Positions 40,954-56,100 are shown, counted from the stretch's first letter. The stretch: DNA of 64,000 bases from Eledone cirrhosa (GCA_964016885.1 OZ024743.1:231198001-231262000), one strand, 5' to 3'. Numbers and translations are program-made. The notes: generated by a model not told the origin, from the sequence alone.

Positions 40954-41814
40954 CGAGGTGTGTCAGAAAAGTTTCAGGACTGATGTTACAAAATATTTAT
41001 TTCAAACCCAAACTTCACAATAAGAGTGTTCTCCTTCAAAGCAATCCCCCTGGAGTATGTAACTGTAATCTCATCTCTCTGCAGAGATCAAACTTTTTTC
41101 TTCATAATGTTATATACATGTCCTCTATTTCAGGTCGTCAAGCAATGAGCACAGAGCAACGAACAAACTTGAAGTTTCTGATACGGTTGGGGAAAACTCC
41201 GTCAGAAACACTGGGATTGCTGCAGCACGTGTATGGAGATGAGACGATATCACGCTCACGTGTTTTTGAGTTGTGAAAGATGACCCCAGGAGCGAAAGGC
41301 CCTCAACAACCAGGACTGAGGTCAACGTTGAGCGCGTCAGGTAGATGGTGCGTAGCGATCGTCGGCTGACTGTTCGACTGAGCTGGGCATGAATCGAGAC
41401 AGCGTCTGGAAGATTCTCACTGAAGATTTGGACATGCGGAAAGTCTGCGCGAAGATGGTGCCAAAACTGCTGAACGATGACCAGAAAGGTCGATGCATGC
41501 AAGTGTGCCAGGACATCCTCGAGCGTCTTGAAACCGAACCAGACTTGCTAGGGACAGTCATCACCGATCTTCGAGTGCGACCCGGAGGGGACCCGTTTTG
41601 AAGAAGTGGACGACATCAAAAAGGCCGTGACGACGGAATTGCGGAGGATCCTGGAATAATCCTTCCAGGAGTGCATGCAAGCATGGCAGAAAAGGAGGGA
41701 AAAGTGCATTAGACTCCAGGGAGATTACTTTGAAGGAGAAAACTCTTAGTGTAAATATTGGATTTGAATTAAATCTTTTGCGACATCAGTCCTGGAACTT
41801 TTCTGACACACCAT
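40954..41814 (+). mobile_element. Internally deleted mariner, same family as 11113-11913
   Basis: TIR cgaggtgtgtcagaaaagtt..ctggagt / actccag..aacttttctgacacacc, flanked by TA. EQRTNLKFLIRLGKTPSE..VYGD..SRSRVFE, RKVCAKMVPKLL and C-terminal KCIRLQGDYFEGE. Confidence 0.93.
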
Positions 41815-41960
41815 ATATACATATAATGATAAACATAGGAAAATTAAGAAAGAGAGGACAAGACAATGAACGAAAACTAGGCAGAACGGAAAAAAACGTT
41901 TCAAAGGGGAAAATCTATGATGTAATGAAGCAAACTGATGTTGAATACATATATATATAT

Positions 41961-42147
41961 AACGAAGGAGGTGTGATAAGGAACCATAACGCACCAATGT
42001 ACTCAATACTTAGGGTAGTAGAGTGGGTAATAGGAAAATGTTAGACCCCGACGGTTGAGTTCAAGCCCTTTCGACGGCTAATTCTGGAGTCCAGAAATAG
42101 CCGTCGAAACGGCTTGAACTCTGCCATCGGGGTCTAACATGTTCCTA
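41961..42147. mobile_element. Fold-back family X copy
   Basis: Unique tail, then a hairpin centred on tctggagtccaga. TA on both sides. Confidence 0.8.
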
Positions 42148-42159
42148 TTATATATATAT

Positions 42160-42303
42160 GACGCCATTCTTTGCAGCATAGAGTTACGGCCCTTTATGAT
42201 CTGAGTTCAAATCTCGCCGAGGTTAACTTTGCCTTTCTTACGGGGTCGATTACATGAAGTACCAGTAATGTAATCGGTATTTACTGGCCTTGTGTCAAAA
42301 GTA
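42160..42303 (+). mobile_element. SINE copy truncated at both ends
   Basis: gacgccattctttgcagcatagagttacgg..ctggccttgtgtcaaaagta. Confidence 0.85.
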
Positions 42304-42900
42304 CCCGGCGTTGCCTGGGTAAATAATGACATTTTATTCAAACATTTATATATCTACTTAATATGTATTGTCATTCTAACATTATTGGCATAACAAATTC
42401 TGTGAGATCCACAAAAATAATAAATGTAAAATAGAAAACTCAGTAAAGTTTTAGAGCCCCCTCGATGTTTTTGGGAAATAATTATTTCACCTCGGTATGT
42501 TCGTGAGCTATCTATCAATCTCATCTTCGACTATGCTGCAAAGAATGTTTTCCCATGAAAAATGAAGGAGAAGAGAGGGTGGACTCTAGGTCATTTTCCC
42601 TATCTTGGAGTTGTTGTTAACAAACCCTAACTCTGAACCTAATTTAAGCCTTCCGTTCTTCGAACTAGAGACAGATATTTTTTGGAAAGGAAGCACCTAC
42701 GATAAAATTTCAACAGGATGACATTCCATTTTCTGAAAAATGAATTGTTTTTGTCTGATTTGGAAGTCAAATCCGTTTTCACGTAATCATTGACCAAGTT
42801 TATGAGACTTTCTTTCAAATGAAGGGCTATTCACCGAAAATTTGATTCGACCATTGTGGAATTTAATGCAGGATATGTGTGTAACCAGACACACACTTTC
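42301..42900 (+). mobile_element. Possible non-autonomous Helitron/Helentron-type (DINE/HINE-like) element
   Basis: Begins with the hairpin acccggcgttgcctgggt, which resembles the 5' motif of such elements, and ends near cagacacacactttc. No second copy in the window. Confidence 0.3.
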
Positions 42901-42991
42901 TCTCGCTCGCTCTCTCTCTCTCTCTCTCTCACCCCCACTCTTTTCTGCGTGTGTAGGAGAAGTCAACTGGAATTTGCAGACTACATAGTAT

Positions 42992-43171
42992 TATTGGCAG
43001 TATCGGTAGAGAGTCGGACGCCATGCTTTGAAGCATAGAGTTACCTCCCTTTATGATCTGAGTTCAAATCCCACCGAGGTTTAATTTGCCTTTCATCTTT
43101 ACAGAGTCGATAAAATAAAGTACCAGTAATACACTGAGATAATTGCTGGCCTTGTGCCTAAAGTAGAAACA
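42992..43171 (+). mobile_element. SINE copy
   Basis: Matches the 2078 family from ttggcagtatcgg to gtagaaaca. Confidence 0.9.
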
Positions 43172-43184
43172 ATTATTTACCTTG

Positions 43185-43745
43185 TCAGAAAATGATATCC
43201 GGCATGCACTGGATAGGGTTTCTGCATAGTGCAGCTGGGCAGAAATGTAAATCAGTGCTCTCAGAAACTCAGATAGTTGTCCTCTGAAGAAACACTATGC
43301 AGTGCATTGAATTGTATGCAATAATTTCTCGGAGAAGTACTCAGAGGAAGAGAGGAAAGTGTAAATGTTGAACTCCATATCTTCAATTTGGTATCCATTC
43401 CAACTTTAACCCGTTGTCACAAACCTTCGGTAATGACCTAAGGTATGCGACCGCCGATAGAAGCGGTCAAAATGCTGTTCTTCTGAGGGGGCTTTTGAGT
43501 AACGTTACTCGATAGGGTACTCAGGTACTACGGAGTGTGATTATACGGGCAAAACCAACCGGAAACAAACCTGTTGAACATGTTCAAGAGAAGAATCTCC
43601 AGTGGTTTGGCTCTGGGACACAACCTGATTATATGTCGATATTTGATTCTAATAGGAACTTCTGAAAGATATCTTTGAGGACTCTGCTACCATGACACTC
43701 CCTGGAATAATAAATCTAAGAAGTTGAAGAAGTTGGCATAGACAT
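43185..43745 (+). mobile_element. Old RTE (Rex3/Expander-like) LINE fragment
   Basis: ~43375-43525 reads IFNLVSIPTLT..VMT*GMRPPIEAVKMLF..VTLLDRV, a decayed version of the RTE thumb region also seen at 58720-58965. Boundaries are approximate. Confidence 0.5.
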
Positions 43746-43746
43746 G

Positions 43747-43826
<80 letters not shown>

Positions 43827-43838
43827 ATATATATATAT

Positions 43839-44316
43839 CGTTTCTGAATTTGTTTAGCAAGATTCTTTATCTGAAAACGTGTGTTGAAACCGATATTGTT
43901 ATGCTTTGAGAGGGCCATGTTGGCAATAAAAAACACACGCACCAGTTGCTTTCACTCCAATTTATTATAAATTAAATTTATAAATTTAAGAATTTATAAA
44001 TTTCAGGTTGGTTGTTTGGTTGGTTGGTTCCATAACCGGACGGTTGTTCATATATTTTCAAAGTTCTTTCGTCACACATTCTGTGACCCCTTCAATGACT
44101 GGGGATTCTTTTCTTTGTTTTGTGCCTCTCCTTTGTTCTGTCCTACGCCATCTTGTTTTTGTGTGTGTTGTGTGCTTAGTTTGCGCAGGTCTTATGAACA
44201 ACCGTCCGGTTATGGAACCAACCAACCGGAAATTTATAAATTTAATTTATAATAAATTGGAGTGAAAGCATGGTGCGTGTTTTTTTTTGGCAACATGACC
44301 CTCCCAAAGCATAACA
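43839..44316 (-). mobile_element. Non-coding fold-back element (arm/spacer/arm + tail) in (TA)n
   Basis: 43897-44052 is the inverse of 44193-44316, with an extra ~58-nt tail at 43839-43896 and a hammerhead remnant in the spacer. Confidence 0.75.
44063..44097 (-). ncRNA. Decayed hammerhead-like motif
   Basis: Minus strand UUGAAGG-G-GUCACA gaaug UGUGAC-GAAA: perfect 6-bp helix II followed by GAAA, two mismatches to CUGAAGA. Confidence 0.35.
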
Positions 44317-44319
44317 TTA

Positions 44320-44390
<71 letters not shown>

Positions 44391-44399
44391 TATTAGTAT

Positions 44400-44432
<33 letters not shown>

Positions 44433-44632
44433 GGTGTGTGTGTGTGCTTGGGTATGTGTTACATGTGTGAAATATTGTATATAAATATGTGCATATGTGT
44501 ATGCATCTAGATGTATATCCGAATAAAGATGTTTACTGGAGTTGTTTGGCATAGATAATTGGAAATTTTAATGGAACGAAGTCGACGTGTATTATTGGAA
44601 ATGGAAAATTATGTGTAATAAGTACATGTATA

Positions 44633-44698
44633 ATGATGATGATGATTATGATGATAAAGAAGAAGAAGAAGAAGAAGAAGAAGAAGAAGAAGAAGAAG

Positions 44699-44730
<32 letters not shown>
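44633..44730. repeat. (GAT)n(GAA)n(CAA)n compound microsatellite
   Basis: Directly visible. Confidence 0.95.
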
Positions 44731-45871
44731 ATGCAAAAGGAAGAAGACGGGGAGAAAGAGAAGATAGAAGGAAGAAGAGGAGAAAAGGAGAATGATGATG
44801 AGGAAGAAGAAAAGGCGACAGAACAACTCAAAAAGTAAATCAGAGATGAGTGGACCTCCACCGATTTCGACGACGATTGTCCTTATTCGATGAAAGGAAC
44901 AGCCTGCACGTGAAAATAGAGTGTAAGCGGCTGACCATTACACAAATACTTGTACCGTTAACGGATTTCCTGTTTGATTCAACGTGACACAATGTTTGTT
45001 GAGGCTAGCCCTTTGAATTATCGGCACAGTCGGGGTTTCGGTATAGTTTCCGTCTACTCGAAGTTATTAACAATGCATGGAGCGATACGAAGCTATAACA
45101 AATAAACATTGCCTCATATATGAGGCAGTAGGATAAAACTAGGTAGCTAATGATATCGGAGCGGGTTTTATTATAAATTTGCCAAGAAAAATAGAAGTAA
45201 CAAAGAACATCGAATCATTTCGAATCAAGAAGGAAAATAAATATTATCAACGAGAATAACAAATATGAGCATATCATCAAGAAACTGAACAGCGCTACTA
45301 ACTAGAAAACTACCAACGAAAGTAACAATAATATAGAAAACAACGTAGGTTTAGCAACATTAACAACAACATCCATAACAACAACTTCAGCACATTACCG
45401 TCAAATACAACAATGATAATGACAACATTCATAACAACCAAAAACTATATCGTACCATCATCACTACTAACACCACCACCAACAAGAACAACAACAGCAA
45501 TAGCAACAAAAGTAATAACAACTACAGCAACAACAACAGCGATGACGACAAACATCACAACATTATTGGTGATAACAACAACTACTACAACAACCACACC
45601 ATCAAGAAACATGATGATATGTCAAAGAAAAAGAAATACAAAGAGCAAACATGATTCTAACAACAACAACGACAACAATAGTATCGTATCTTTAAACTAT
45701 TAAAAATACTGTTTTGTACCACACAGTAATTATCTATTTGCTTCATTAAAACTGGCTAATTAGAATGAAATATTGCGGAAAATCTAATAAAAATCTCAAC
45801 GTAAGCAAACAGTTTGTATGAGACATGTATAGACAGGAATAAATATTGATCATATACACACACATACACGC

Positions 45872-45874
<3 letters not shown>

Positions 45875-45969
<95 letters not shown>

Positions 45970-46179
45970 ATATATAAAGTAAATTGGCACTGATAGGTGT
46001 TAGGGAGTCGAAGTGAGAGAACCTCGGATTTGTTCCGACTCAAAGCGCTCGCATCCACACATAGACGCACCAACACACCAACACATGCATTATCGAACAT
46101 ACATATTTATATATACATACATATACATACGTTACACACAGACACACACATATTATATATATATATACATATGTATATA

Positions 46180-46276
<97 letters not shown>

Positions 46277-46493
46277 CTGTGTGTGTGTGTGTGTGTGTGT
46301 GTAGAATGTATTAAGTAAATAGCCTTCAGCTGAATTTCTCAATATACTATAGAATAAATACTCACATTTTGCAGGGAAATTGTAAACGCAGATACGCACT
46401 CTTCCTAGTATATTCACTAGCCTATACACACAATATTGCAGCGACAGTTGTCAATGTGTATAATTTGTTCATATATATATATATAGAGAGAGA

Positions 46494-46552
<59 letters not shown>

Positions 46553-46614
46553 AGAGAGAGAGACATACAAACACTTACACACTCACATACACAATTATGC
46601 CTGGTGTGTGTATG

Positions 46615-46649
<35 letters not shown>

Positions 46650-46666
46650 GTATATGTATGTACATA

Positions 46667-46738
<72 letters not shown>

Positions 46739-46742
46739 TGTG

Positions 46743-46794
<52 letters not shown>

Positions 46795-46830
46795 TGTGTG
46801 TGTGCGTGTGTGTGTGTGTGTGTATGTGTG
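45875..46830. repeat. (TA)n/(GA)n/(TG)n microsatellite cluster
   Basis: Directly visible. Confidence 0.9.
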
Positions 46831-47339
46831 TCCCATGCGTGTATTGAATAATTTTAAATTGAGTAACATCTACTGTTAGCAACATATTGAAACACTTTTA
46901 CAAAGAGATAGACACACAAACATACTCATACGCATATATCACCTTCTACGTGGCTGATACTATATGCCAACATATATTTTTGCATGTAGATGCATGAATA
47001 GATATTACTAAAGTTTTAGTTGCCTGGGTTGTTATTTACTGTTTTGGGTTCGCTATTTTATAATCGTGATTTCAATTCCAGGCAGTAGCGTTGTGTTTTT
47101 ATCTTCAGCCACACACATTATTTCACCTTGCTCCAGTCGTCGTCGTCGTCTTCGTCTTCTTATCCTTTCTTTTCCAGTCGAATCAACTTTATAAAAAAGC
47201 AGTTGTACCGACGCTGTAACCAAGCTTCTGCTTTTGTGTTGCACAACATCAGTGGTGAGCTGATTTTGGAAGACAGGTCACATGTTTGAGCTTTCTCAAA
47301 CATGGCATCCACAACTTTGAATATAATATATATATATAT

Positions 47340-47574
47340 AGGAAAAAGTATGACCCCGACGGCAGAGCTCAAGCCGTTTCGACGGCTGTTTCTGGACTAA
47401 ATTAGAATTTTTAGCCTGGCTAAAAATTCTAATGTAGTCCAGAAATAGCCGTCGAAACGACTTGAGCTCTGCCGTCGGGGTCATACTTTGTCCTATTTCC
47501 CACTCCACTACCCTAAGTATTGAGTATTCTGGTGCGTTATGGTCCATATGGTTCCTTACCACAATTCCTTTGTT
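47340..47574. mobile_element. Fold-back family X, most complete copy
   Basis: ~155-nt near-perfect hairpin (47340-47495, apex agcctggct) plus an ~80-nt unique tail. TA on both sides. Confidence 0.85.
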
Positions 47575-48962
47575 ATATATATATATATAAAGAGAAAAAG
47601 AAACAGAGGGGAGATCATATCTCATAGGACGGCTGCTTTAATCTATTTTGTCACCTGTAGAATATGATATAGAGTGCTTCTAATTCAAAAATAAATATTT
47701 AAATATGTACATACATTAAATCCAATGAAATTTAAAGTGGATGATATTTTCTAGAAAAACAAATCTGTATATTTCACGCAACATTTCATGGCACTTTTAT
47801 AATCTGTTCCGGTTGTTCAACATTATTTAATCGTTGAGGATTCTTAGATGTCATTAAAGTTTTATTTTGATATTAGCATTTGTTAAATAAAATGTACGTT
47901 ATTTACTGTATTTTGCACACAATACTTAAAATATTGTATAGGTTGTTTGAGCGGGGACTACTGATCTTGTTAAACAGACCTGATCAAGCGGGTTCAAAAG
48001 TAATGGTGTTGTTCTCCATTAACGTTTTTAATAATAAATCAATTGAAACCGCACCTCGTTATACAACAGAAACAGATTATTTTAATTTATTCATATTCAA
48101 CTAATGAGCTTCCAATACAATGAGATAATTAGTTGCATCAGTAAATCATATCAAATATTCCTAGGTATTTCAAATTGGAAATAAAAGACAATGAAGTTTA
48201 TTAGAAATACGCTACCGAAATCATATGGCTTGCTAACAGCCAACATAATTTTCTCGATTAAGAATTAATAATCTGATAACATTGTATGCTCTTTCATCTG
48301 ACCTAGAAACACATGTGCTAGAGCATAACCTACTGCCCTGTATATACAGTTCTGCTTGACATGATCTAATTGACTTTACTTCACAGGTCGTCATGAAAAC
48401 TGGTCGATATAATTGCCAACTGCCCAGACTGCGTAGGTTTCTCCATGCAAAACTTACAGATCTGCTTATATTATTCTATGGCTGCATGGGTAAGTTGGAT
48501 CAGTGCCTGCGGTATTTTGCTTCACAGAAATATCAAAAACCTAATCTGTATTTTGTGTTCCATCCCTCTCCTTTACTGCTCTTGTAAGAAATTGAACATT
48601 CAATACAGAGGAGTACACTGATTGCAGTTCTTGGAGAGATTCGTCGTGGCATAGAACAGAGCAAGTCTGGCACTCTGAATTATGCTACCTGAAAAGCCTC
48701 CTATAATATACTTCATTGTACTAGGTTAGATAAATCTGCATGGGATAAACTTTAACTTTCATTTCATTGCATCTCTCATTCTCATAGCTCTAAAGTATAA
48801 GCACCAGTCAAATATTCTAGACAATTTAATCGAATATACCATTTCTAACACATATATGGTCCTGCACGAATGTCAGCTTTCTACGTTTGTAGCATTTAAA
48901 GCAGCAACTACAGTAACAGTTATAATGGTTGATGTGGCGGTACGGGAGGTTGAGGAAATATG

Positions 48963-48988
48963 AGTAGTAGTAGTAGTAGTAGTAGTAA

Positions 48989-49080
<92 letters not shown>

Positions 49081-49096
49081 TAGCAGTAGTAGTAGT
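48963..49096. repeat. (TAG)n microsatellite
   Basis: Directly visible. Confidence 0.95.
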
Positions 49097-49356
49097 CTAA
49101 TGAGTCTATCGATTCGATGCTGTACACAGAAGTGCTTTTACATCAAATACAAACTTTGAAAGATTTCCTTCCCCGCAGGAACCATATAAAGTCTTTCTAC
49201 ATTACATAGACATACACACATTAACACAAACACACACAATCACATCACACATACATACAAACACATATATAACTTTGATTCTACCTACATATCTATCTTT
49301 CTGTCCATCTAACTATATCTGTGTGCGTGTGATTCAGTGTGTGTTCACTAAATTCC

Positions 49357-49393
<37 letters not shown>

Positions 49394-49451
49394 TACATAT
49401 ATATATATATATACATATATATATACATATATATATAAATATATCTATATA

Positions 49452-49658
<207 letters not shown>

Positions 49659-49691
49659 CATATTTATACATATATATATATATGTATAAAT

Positions 49692-49814
49692 AACGAAGGA
49701 AATGTGGTAAGGAACCAGATCGGCTATTTATTTACCGGGCTAAACATTCTTATTTAGTCCAGAATTAGCCGTCGAAACAGCTTGAGCTCTGCCGTCGGGG
49801 TCATACTTGTTCCT
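49692..49814. mobile_element. Fold-back family X, internally deleted copy
   Basis: Keeps both termini (aacgaaggaaatgtggtaaggaacc and gccgtcggggtcatacttgttccta) but lacks the inner arm. Confidence 0.75.
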
Positions 49815-50145
49815 ATATATATATATATATATAACTGTGTACATATATAATATGTACATGTATATATATATATATATGTTATATATATATATATATATAT
49901 TACCGTATATTTTATTGCATCTATACATAGATACATATAACGAAATCCATACAAGTAATTATACATAAAGAGAAGATGAATGAACAAAACAAAGAAATAC
50001 ATTACATTCTCCCCAAACACACATATACACAAACAAACAGGTGAACATACACAAAACTAACAAGAAACTTACACCAAGGCAAACACCGGCAAGTACACAA
50101 ACATACAACGGGCAAATACATACACAAAATCATGACCACACAACG

Positions 50146-50335
50146 CAACAATCGCAAACATACACAGAGAAGCCAACAATCGCAAACATACACACACAAG
50201 CCAACAATCACAAACATACACACAGAAGCCAACAATCGCAAACATACACACAGAAGCCAACAATCGCAAACATACTCACACAAGCCAACAATCACAAACA
50301 TACACACAGAAGCCAACAATCGCAAACCTACACAC
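50146..50335. repeat. 28-bp minisatellite, ~7 units, with 84-bp higher-order period
   Basis: Unit caacaatc(g/a)caaacatacacaca(g/c)aagc. The variant pattern repeats every third unit. Confidence 0.9.
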
Positions 50336-50459
50336 ACACACATGTAGAACATTTAACAAGTATATATAATAAGTGGTAATTATGAACTTGAACAGTTAAA
50401 AGACTTAATTGAATTTTTTTATTTCTCACACTTTCGATCGTTTACTCCGGGTCATTATT

Positions 50460-50840
<381 letters not shown>

Positions 50841-50910
50841 GTGTGTGATATGTGTGTGTATGTGTATATATATATATAAATTACTGGTGTATGGCATATG
50901 TGTGTGTGTG

Positions 50911-51042
<132 letters not shown>

Positions 51043-51169
51043 ACTCCCTTGTAGTAACATCACAAGTTGGTTCAACTGACAATTTAAAATTGTAATAGTT
51101 TTCTGGTTGTTTGAATTAACTTCAAATAGACCATAGTAACTAACATTGTGAGATTTGTGCATATATACT

Positions 51170-51369
51170 ACATGTATGCATACTTACAAGTATATGCATA
51201 CTCACATACATACAAGTATATGCATACTTACATACATACAACTATATGCATATACTTACATACATACAACTATATGCATACTTACATACATACAACTATA
51301 TGCATATTTATATACATACAAGTATATGCATAATTACATACATACATGGATACATACATACAAACCTAC

Positions 51370-51400
<31 letters not shown>

Positions 51401-51458
51401 CATACATACATACATACATACATACATACATACATACATACATACATACACACATACA
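51170..51458. repeat. (TACA)n with a derived ~27-30-bp degenerate tandem unit
   Basis: Repeated tacaa(g/c)tatatgcatacttacataca. Confidence 0.8.
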
Positions 51459-53846
51459 TGGATAAAAGTTGGATAAAATGTGTATGTTTAGGATCACTAG
51501 TAGTAGTCAGCTACCTACTTGATGAAAAGCGGGAGATATCATTGAGGAAAAATATGCAAATCCATACCAAAAACGCGTTCACTTTCATACCTATATGTAT
51601 TATTGATGTTGGATAAAAACAAAATAATGTAGCTCCTTTATTCATAAGCTATGATGCAATTCAAAAATATATTTAAAAGCGGTCTAATAACAGGCACATT
51701 TGCTTACTATCTTACCACTGATCAAAATAAACTCGATATTTAAAAAAAGGAGATACAAGCTACAGGCATACATTCAGTAATACAGTGTAGCGTGATAGAA
51801 AACATTATTAATATCGAAGGCATTTCAAAACGCTGATGTTGTGCTTTAGGTAACCTTTTCTAAATGTTAGTCTCCCAGCCTTAAGGACCTGCTAAATATA
51901 GAATGTTACCTTTGGATGTATATCTCATATTATCCGAAATGGAAATGAAGGTGCCAGAATAAACAGTAACTATATGCAGATTCAGTAAGTACAATTATAG
52001 TTAAATAGCATTAATATATGCTGGTTAAGGAGTTCGATTCGCAACGACTAGTGCAGCTTTATACTTATTTGAGTATGATACTTTATTACGAAAGAATGCC
52101 TCCTCGATATGTAAATATAGACCTAATTTGGATACATGTTTCATAAATCATTTTAAGTGGATTTCAGGGAAATAGACGTTTCAAAGCTTTGTTGATAAAT
52201 CTAAATATGATCCACTATTAAATGATCTGAGTAAAAAAAACCTTTATTCTCTCTGATTTCCTTATCTATACATCATTGCACGTTGGACTGCAGTCCTTAT
52301 TATTCTTTTCTGTTTTTTTTTTCTATTTCTCTCCTTTCTATATTCTTTTCTCTTTGGGCAAACAACATAATCACGTTATTTCAACAAAAGCGTGGGCTCC
52401 TGTATCAGGCGCGGCACCCCCTTTCCCAATTTCAGGGAAGAAAAATTCAGGATATGTACTGAGGATACCAGATGGCTCGAAAGCGATCAGCACATAAAAG
52501 AAACGATAAATTAATGCCTCTTATTTAGTCATTTTCCGCTCCTCCATGTTGTAGGTGGTACCGCCCAGGTTCTTCTTTCTTGTCAAAACGATGAACTTAT
52601 GCCAATAAGCAGTTGGGAAAGTTAATATTGCTGGTGATAATACTCTGTTTAACAGAGGGAATATTAGAATTGATTCGGTCCAGTGTAGTCGGCGACTGAT
52701 AATCAAAACCCTCTCAGCCAGGGTTATCCTGTCCCTTTACGGACATGTAGGGTGACATTCTCTAACACATCTTTCCTCTTTGTTTAGGACTTTATGAAGA
52801 ACACAATAAACGTTTTATTGTTTTTGCTATTGTTATTGTATTTTTGCAAAGATATGATGAATTTCATTCCATCCTCGAAGATGGCCGCTTTAAAAACATG
52901 TATGGAGGAAAACATTATCCAATGTGTTCTAATGATTCCAAAAGTAGATTAAAATGATAGGGATTTTGTCTGTTATTGATGTGTCTTAAAATGATTCGGC
53001 TTGATTGAGGTTGTTCTTTTTGATAACATGTTTTGTTTTTGAATATGTTATTTTAACATGTTGGTTATGTTTTTGAGTATGTTGTTTAAGCTCAAATTGA
53101 CAATAGTTTTATTTTGTATGCCCGAGTACCATTACCAAATATCATATGGCCTTCTTTAATTCGTTAAAATGATTATTTTGCTAGTATTTCTACCTGATAT
53201 AGCAAACCAGCTAGAAATTACTCGTTAGCTCACATTACATTTTGCATTTTTACTGTAGAAATGAAAGAAATCTATCATTATAACTACCCTGATATTGAAT
53301 AGGGTCATCCTTTATGAAATTTATATTATACGGTTCACTACATAGATTTCACATGGACACTCAATGTAAATAAACGTAAACACTACAAAAATAAATTTAT
53401 ATATGTAAGCAAGCAGCTTCAAGAAATTTTATACGAGGAGATATTATTCATAAACACATTAGATAATTTATATTTTAAATATTCTTCATGATTGTAGTTC
53501 TATTTTTCTCGTCTGATACACGAAATTAAGTTATAGACACATACTAGGTTGCCTATCCTTGCTTATGAAAGACATTTCTGGAGAACAGGCGACGAAAAAC
53601 TATGCAAACAGTAAGTAACATAAAACAAAGAAGCCAAATAAAAAAAATGACGAAAAGTAAATAAGTCGTTCTGGAAACAACGAAACCTCAATTTTCAGAC
53701 ATATCATGTTTGTTTCTTCTCAACAAATCTATTTAATTATAAGATCTTACTCAATTTTCTATTTTGTCTTTCATTTCCCTTAATTATATTTCATTGTATA
53801 CAATTTTATTTATACACACACAGGCACTTACAAACACGCAGGCACA

Positions 53847-53901
<55 letters not shown>

Positions 53902-54366
53902 ACACGCGCACACACACACACACACACCCCCCCCCACACACACACACACACACACTCACACACACACAAATGAGTATGTTTTATACTTATCTATCTCTCT
54001 ACCCGTGTCTCTCTACCTGAGATAGACACTTACATATACACCAACATATATATGCTTTTATGTACACGCACACACACACATACACACATCTAAAGAAAGA
54101 GGGTTCCACCCATCACCCAGCTACCATATAAAAAGTACATATCCCTCTCTTTTTCCCATACATTATGCACGCGCAATACTCACACATAACCAATGAAAAT
54201 AATATACAACGGAATACAAACAATAACAAAAAACAGAAAATAAACATCAAGCAAAAATAAAATGGCTGCCTTTTATAATATAACAAAACTGTAAATACAG
54301 AAATGTCTGCCTTTCCTTTTTTATAATATTTACAAAGACTTTCTTCTTTATTTTTAATATATTTAC

Positions 54367-54430
<64 letters not shown>

Positions 54431-54431
54431 A

Positions 54432-54463
<32 letters not shown>

Positions 54464-54477
54464 TCTCTCTATACATA

Positions 54478-54579
<102 letters not shown>

Positions 54580-54823
54580 TATATATACATACATACATAC
54601 ATACATATATATATTTATATATATATATATATATATATTTTCTCATTTTCGAACATCAAATTTTGATGAAAATTATAACGACATAGATAAAACAATCAGA
54701 CAATCTAATCACGTAAGCTAATATTTTCTTTCATTATTTGTGCTTATCTGTAGTTTCTATTGTATTGTTTCAATACACATATACACACTCGCACACACAT
54801 GTATATGATGTATTATTTAATAG

Positions 54824-54858
<35 letters not shown>

Positions 54859-55609
54859 GTGTATGTGTGTATGAGAGAGCGAAAGGGAGAGAGTGAGAGA
54901 GAGTATGACTACATATTTCTACATATTTTATTCTTTCAGCTGACTGTGGCCATGCTGGAGCACCACTTCAATTTAGCTGATTATATCGAAACCAACACTT
55001 ATCTTTCCAATATGGTACATATATCATCGCACACACTGTTGCTAACCCACTCTAATCGGATTTATGTAGCAATTTGGACTACCTTATTAGAATTACTGCT
55101 AAACACTGCCTATTCTAGGAGATGTTTTCTAATTCAGGAACCAGCTCAGTAGATTGAGGGGAGGGAAAAGTTAATTAAATCGACGTCTGCACTTGAGTAG
55201 TATAATCATTTCGTTTCCCGAAGGTTTTATTTGAGCCCAGGTCTTAAAAACTAATGTCGTTTTAGTAACTCTGTCATTGCACAGCCACCTTCTTTCTAAC
55301 AAATGTAGGCTGATACTAGAAAATATATTCTTAAAAGTTGAAGGAGGCATCAAAGAGATTTGCACATATAGTAAATCATATCTTACTGAAGCAAATTATT
55401 TACTAGGATACATATTTATACAAGTTAATAATTGTATGATGTTGAATCATTTGCATTGAAAATATGCTCGTATAACTGTGATTTCAGTCTTTTTGTAAAC
55501 GATTGAATGCGAAAGGCAAGTATTGTATATACAGGCGGAAAACTGAAGACACTTTCAAAATCAATGTACAGTAAAATTGCCTGAAGTACAGGTATTGCCT
55601 TTCAGTATT

Positions 55610-56100
55610 ACGCCATGCTTTCTAGCATAGTTACGTCCCTTTTCAGTCTGAGTTCAAATCCCGCCTAGGTTAACTTTGCCTTTCATCCCTACGGGGCCGA
55701 TAAAATAAAGTACCAGTAATGTACTGGGTAATTGCTGGCCTTGTGCCTTAAGTAGAAACAATTATTAAAGGTTTGTTCAAATTCTGAGTTCAAACCCCGC
55801 CGAGGTCAACTTTGCCTTTCATCCTTACGCGGTCGATAAAATAAAGTACCAGTAATGTACTGGGTAATTGCTGGCCTTGTGCCAAAAGTAGAAACAATTA
55901 TTAAAGGATTGTATGGTCGGTGGATTGGCAGTATCGGTAGAGAGTCGGACACCATGCATTGACGCATAGAGTTACGGCCCTTGCCATTTAGACTTCAAAT
56001 CCCGCCGAGGTTAACTCGCCTTTCATCCTTACAGGGTCGATAAAATAAAGTACCAGTAAGGCACTGGGTAATTGCTGGCCTTGTGCTTAAAGTAGAAGCA
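55610..56100 (+). mobile_element. Three head-to-tail SINE copies
   Basis: ~55610-55760, ~55782-55897 and ~55916-56100, each followed by attattaaagg-(a/t)ttgt. Confidence 0.9.

Noticed and set aside
44190-44222. cttatga-acaacc gtcc ggttat-ggaa as a hammerhead
   Set aside because: Two core mismatches, and the 5' part spans the arm/spacer junction; the motif at 44063-44097 fits better.
44587-44838. Acidic/poly-Q ORF (DDD-EEE-QQQ)
   Set aside because: Compound trinucleotide microsatellite with no flanking domain or splice support.
50146-50335. CRISPR-like 28-bp repeats
   Set aside because: Units are contiguous with no unique spacers, there are no cas genes, and the context is eukaryotic.
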